The position numbers and the translations under genes are program-made. Shown here in pieces: positions 60,291 through 64,000 of a stretch of 64,000 nt of DNA (positions are counted from its first letter, which is position 1; every line of letters starts with the position of its first letter). The DNA is taken from NCBI GenBank assembly GCA_950097015.1, contig CATNEN010000010.1:620001-684000 (forward strand), in the 5' to 3' direction. Source of the stretch: Macrostomum hystrix. Lineage: Eukaryota; Animalia; Platyhelminthes. The notes beneath the pieces were generated by a model that was not told where the DNA came from, did no database searches, and saw only the letters and a list, made by a program, of their open reading frames with translations.

Positions 60291-61151
60291 TTCCGATCCC
60301 ATTCCAAACTCATGTTGAATGCCTTGGCATTAATTTAAGAATTCAGGAGAACTCGAAAAGGTAGGGGATTTTGAAGCATCAGTTCTTCACTGGTCATCGA
60401 TTTCTTTGAAAAAATCTAAATTAAAAAAGCTTCGCATGCTGGGCTTCCCGTAGCAATGTCTCTGTGAAACATTCGGCCTGATAATCTGCCGCCTGATAAT
60501 CTGCCGCCTGCTTCTAAACAAACACTTCACTTCAGCTGTTTGTCAAGTGCAGCCACGGGCCGTGCCGGGCGGTGACTCGCTGTGCGGCCGGGACCCACCG
60601 CAACTGCAACTGACGCTGTCAGTCAGCCGCAGCCAGGGAAAGCTTTGACAGGTCCAGCACCGCGGTCTCCAAGGCTGCCTGCAGACCCGTACGGAGCCGA
60701 CACTGGCTAAGATGTCAGCGAGATCGAAAAGCAAACCAGGGAGCAAAAGATGCAGATGAGGGCAGGCAGATTAGGGACCTGGGAAGGTCAAGTTTCACTG
60801 CGTAGGGAACACAAATGACAGCCGGTGTGAAAACTTGCTGAGAAAGTAAAATGCGAGCATTTATAACAGCCTGAAATCCCAACCAGGAGCAAAGAACTGT
60901 CTGATAGACAAAATTACTGAAAATACGAGTAATAGAATTAGAATGACAATAATAATTGATAACTGATTACACCTGCCCCAATCGGGCCAGAAGTGCAGCC
61001 GACAGCACAGCCGCAGCTATTGCGCGGCGCATCTGAAGACTGCGTACGTCTGTTCAGTCCATGGACTGGGGGGACGCCACACCCACCTTGAATTACCCAG
61101 CTGATGCTGGCACCCATTTAACAAAAGTTATAAGAGACAAATTCATGGCGA

Positions 61152-61234
61152 AATGACAATGACAATGACAATGACAATGACAATGACAATGACAATGACA
61201 ATGACAATGACAATGACAATGACAATGACAATGA
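61152..61234. repeat. (AATGAC)n microsatellite
   Basis: About 13 perfect units. Confidence 0.98.
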
Positions 61235-61789
61235 GGAAAGCTGAATCTCAAGATAATTAACTATAAAAATGCTGCCAAAGTTTGCTCCAGAAGAATCTCA
61301 AACGGAATGACAATTTGTCATTTGCTTGTCGAAAGCGGAGCAAGATTGCCAACTGACAGGCCCGTCACGGCAAGGCCTGGCTCGGCACTGACTGATTGGC
61401 CATGGTTTCCATGGTTTCCATGGTTTCCAGTTCCAGAACTAGCATTTTCAAATTCCATTTCATTTCCAGAACTCTGCACGGTTCACGTCCGTAATTGGTA
61501 AATTTAGCTTTACATTCTCTCGCTGACAAAGCAGAAATTTATTTACAAATTTATGCGAGATTTACACTGCAGAGTGAATAATGCATTTCATCCACAAAAT
61601 GCGCAAATTGTAAGTTATTTCCTGGCATGGGTGCTAAAATTATTTAGCTTAGTCTGAGGCACAAAATAGTTTCTTACTGCACACTTAGTAACTCGTGACA
61701 GTCTTGATAACGCCCGTCATCTTGATAACTAACGATTGCCAAAATAATTAGCGTGACCTCTACAATTGACAGACACTTTAGTATACACA

Positions 61790-62363
61790 AATCACTCAGT
61801 CTGTCACTCCAATCCATGCGAATCACTCAGTCTGTCACTCCAATCCATGCGAATCACTCAGTCTGTCACTCCAATCCATGCGAATCACTCAGTCTGTCAC
61901 TCCAATCCATGCGATTCACTCAGTCTGTCACTCCAATCCATGCGAATCACTCAGTCTGTCACTCCAATCCAAGCGAATCACTCAGTCTGTCACTCCAATG
62001 CGAATCACTCAGTCTGTCACTCCAATCCATGCGATTCACTCAGTCTGTCACTCCAATCCATGCGAATCACTCAGTCTCTCACTCCAATCCATACAAATCA
62101 CTCAGTATGTCACTCCAATCCATGCAAATCACTCAGTCTGTCACTCCAATCCAAGTGAATCAATCAGTCTATCACTCCAATCCAAGCGAATCACTCAGTC
62201 TGTCACTCCAATCCATGCGAATCACTCAGTCTGTCACTCCAATCCATGCGAATCACTCAGTCTGTCACTCCAATCCATGCGAATCACTCAGTTTGTCACT
62301 CCAATCCAAGCGAATCACTCAGTCTGTCACTCCAATCCATGCGAATCACTCAGTCTGTCACTC
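61790..62363. repeat. 31-bp minisatellite abutting the kinase stop codon
   Basis: Unit CACTCAGTCTGTCACTCCAATCCATGCGAAT x~18. Confidence 0.97.
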
Positions 62364-63617
62364 CGCAGCCGCAGTCTCCAGCGCGGGCATCAGTCGGAGC
62401 AGCAGGTCGGGCGGCCGCAGTGCCTGCCGTCTTATCCGATCCCGCAGGGCAGCCACGCCGGCATCCTGCGGCAGCTCCAGCAGCTGAACGGCCCGGCTGG
62501 TGACGAAGCCGTGGCTCAGCACCTCGGCGACGTCGCCCTGGCTGCCGAGCCGCTGGCCGAATCGCGGACATCGAAGTCTGGACACGAAGTGCCGGAATTC
62601 GCCCAACTCCGTAGCCGGCGTCGAGCAGCTGACGAGGTCGGCGGTCAACGCGCCGAGCCCGAACCAGTCGGTGAAGTCGCCAGCCGGACTGGGGCGACCG
62701 TCACGACGGATCTCCGGGGGCAGCCAGCTGCTGCAGAGGAGCAGGGATTTAGGCTAGACTGAAGGGTTCGATCTAAAGACCTCTAATTGTTAATGAGGTC
62801 ACCAAATTAACTCCTTATTAGAGATAACGAGTTCCATTTCATATAAGGGGTCACGAGTTCGATTCCGCGTGAGAGATGACGGGTTATTTTCCTAATCTAG
62901 TGAATGAAACTATCTAAGGTATAAAAAAGCTCACCTTTGAGCTCGTTGGCTGCCGCTGCTGCCGCTGTCGCAGCTGAAGCGAACCCGCAGTTGTGAGTGG
63001 CCGGGCTGCCGAACCTCGGCCAGGCTGAAGTCGGCCAGTCGGCAGTGGCCGGCGCCACTCAGGAGGACATTACACGGCCGAACGTCCAGGTGGAAGACTC
63101 CGTGCTCGTGCAGGTGGCCGAGGGCCTCCGCCAACTCCAGCGCAATGAAGGCGGCTTCCAGCTCGCCACATCGCCTGACTGCTCCCTGCAGATCTCCGCG
63201 CGGGCAGAACTCCATGAGGGTGAGACGGTCGGCGTCTAGAGTCACGTGACCGAGCAGCCCGACAATCAGTGGATGGCGGGGCGACCCGGAGCCAGCCAGA
63301 GCTCGGGCCAGTCGCTGGGAGGCGGCAAAATCGGCGGAACGTCGGGTGTGCCGCTTGACCGCCAGCAGGTCCGGCAGGTCGGCAGCGGACAGGGCGTGCA
63401 GGCGGCGAGCCAGAAAGACTTCGCCGTAGGCTCCGCAGCCCAGCGGGGCCAGCAGCCGATAGCGCAGCTCACCGAGCGCCAGGCTGGCGAACGGAACGGC
63501 CGGCTCCGCAGTTTTGGCAGATTCCGGCGAGCGGCGACAGCGACGCGAGACGAAGAGCCGCAGCAGCCTCTGCCAGGCCTCCCGGCGGCGGCCTTTGACC
63601 TGCTTCTGTGCGGTCAT
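62358..63617 (-). CDS. Divergent Ser/Thr protein kinase (AGC-like fold); 2 exons
   Basis: Exons 63617-62935 and 62730-62358. GCGAYGEV, LAVK, HPLIVGL, MEFCPRGDL, HLDVRPCN, LADFS, WLPPE, DWFGLG, RLGS..HGF. Confidence 0.85.
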
Positions 63618-64000
63618 TGCTGTTAGCAGAATTATCTGAGGAATTCTTTAGAGCTTTTTATCTGCAGTGTGACTCGCCTTCGCCCACGCTCGCTGTGATT
63701 TCGCGGCGCATGCGACACTTGGGAATTGGCGCTATCGCTGACTACCTGGCCGGGAGCGATTCGTTCTGGCACTTTTTTATACCAGCTCTATCGGCGCACT
63801 GTTTCTGCACCTGAGGCACAGTGCCGAACGCTATCAGAAGGCTGGTTGGCCAAGGCTTGTAGGGCCTGCCCAGGCTGTATTGTGAAGGGCATAGGTTGGG
63901 GTGGGCTGGAAACGGAAATCGACCGGGCGATGGCGGATTGGCTGGGGCCGTGGGGCCCGGTGAGTCACCAGAGTGCTAAGATTGCATGCAGTTTTCACTC

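Noticed and set aside
56400-61100. GC-moderate unique sequence with many short ORFs
   Set aside because: No protein motifs or consistent exon chain were found, so it is left unannotated (possible UTR or regulatory DNA).
62820-62875. Possible tRNA gene in the kinase intron (GAGTTCGATTCC)
   Set aside because: Only a B box is present, with no cloverleaf or A box. More likely a SINE head remnant.

Overview
Eukaryotic, intron-containing, repeat-rich genomic DNA. GC-rich coding exons alternate with AT-rich islands and about 25 mini- and microsatellite arrays covering roughly a fifth to a quarter of the window. This architecture resembles a free-living flatworm such as Macrostomum, which is an inference and not shown by the sequence. 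Protein genes I can support: an intronless SID-1/SIDT family gene (+), intronless TXNDC9/phosducin-like 3 (+), a neurensin-like gene (-), a 7-exon USP1-like deubiquitinase (-) head-to-head with 5-exon ALDH6A1/MMSDH (+), a 2-exon melatonin/Tre1-like class A GPCR with an apparent 1-nt frameshift (+), 5-exon signal peptide peptidase HM13 (-), an intronless peptide-receptor-like GPCR with a ~370-aa unrecognised ectodomain (-), and a 2-exon atypical Ser/Thr kinase (-). There is also a 28-codon ubiquitin fragment next to a divergent ubiquitin-like ORF. Mobile DNA includes a long inverted-repeat (foldback) element containing a LINE remnant, two copies of a tRNA-derived SINE, a hAT MITE with an 8-bp TSD, a second foldback MITE and a possible decayed LTR element. 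No CRISPR array, rRNA or intact tRNA was seen. The most notable signals are the large-ectodomain GPCR, a shared GAGTGACA core in four otherwise unrelated minisatellites (two start at stop codons), an intronic array whose unit resembles a mini-intron, and a 5'-AT to 3'-GC gradient within housekeeping genes. Exon boundaries were deduced by eye from GT-AG sites and reading-frame continuity.
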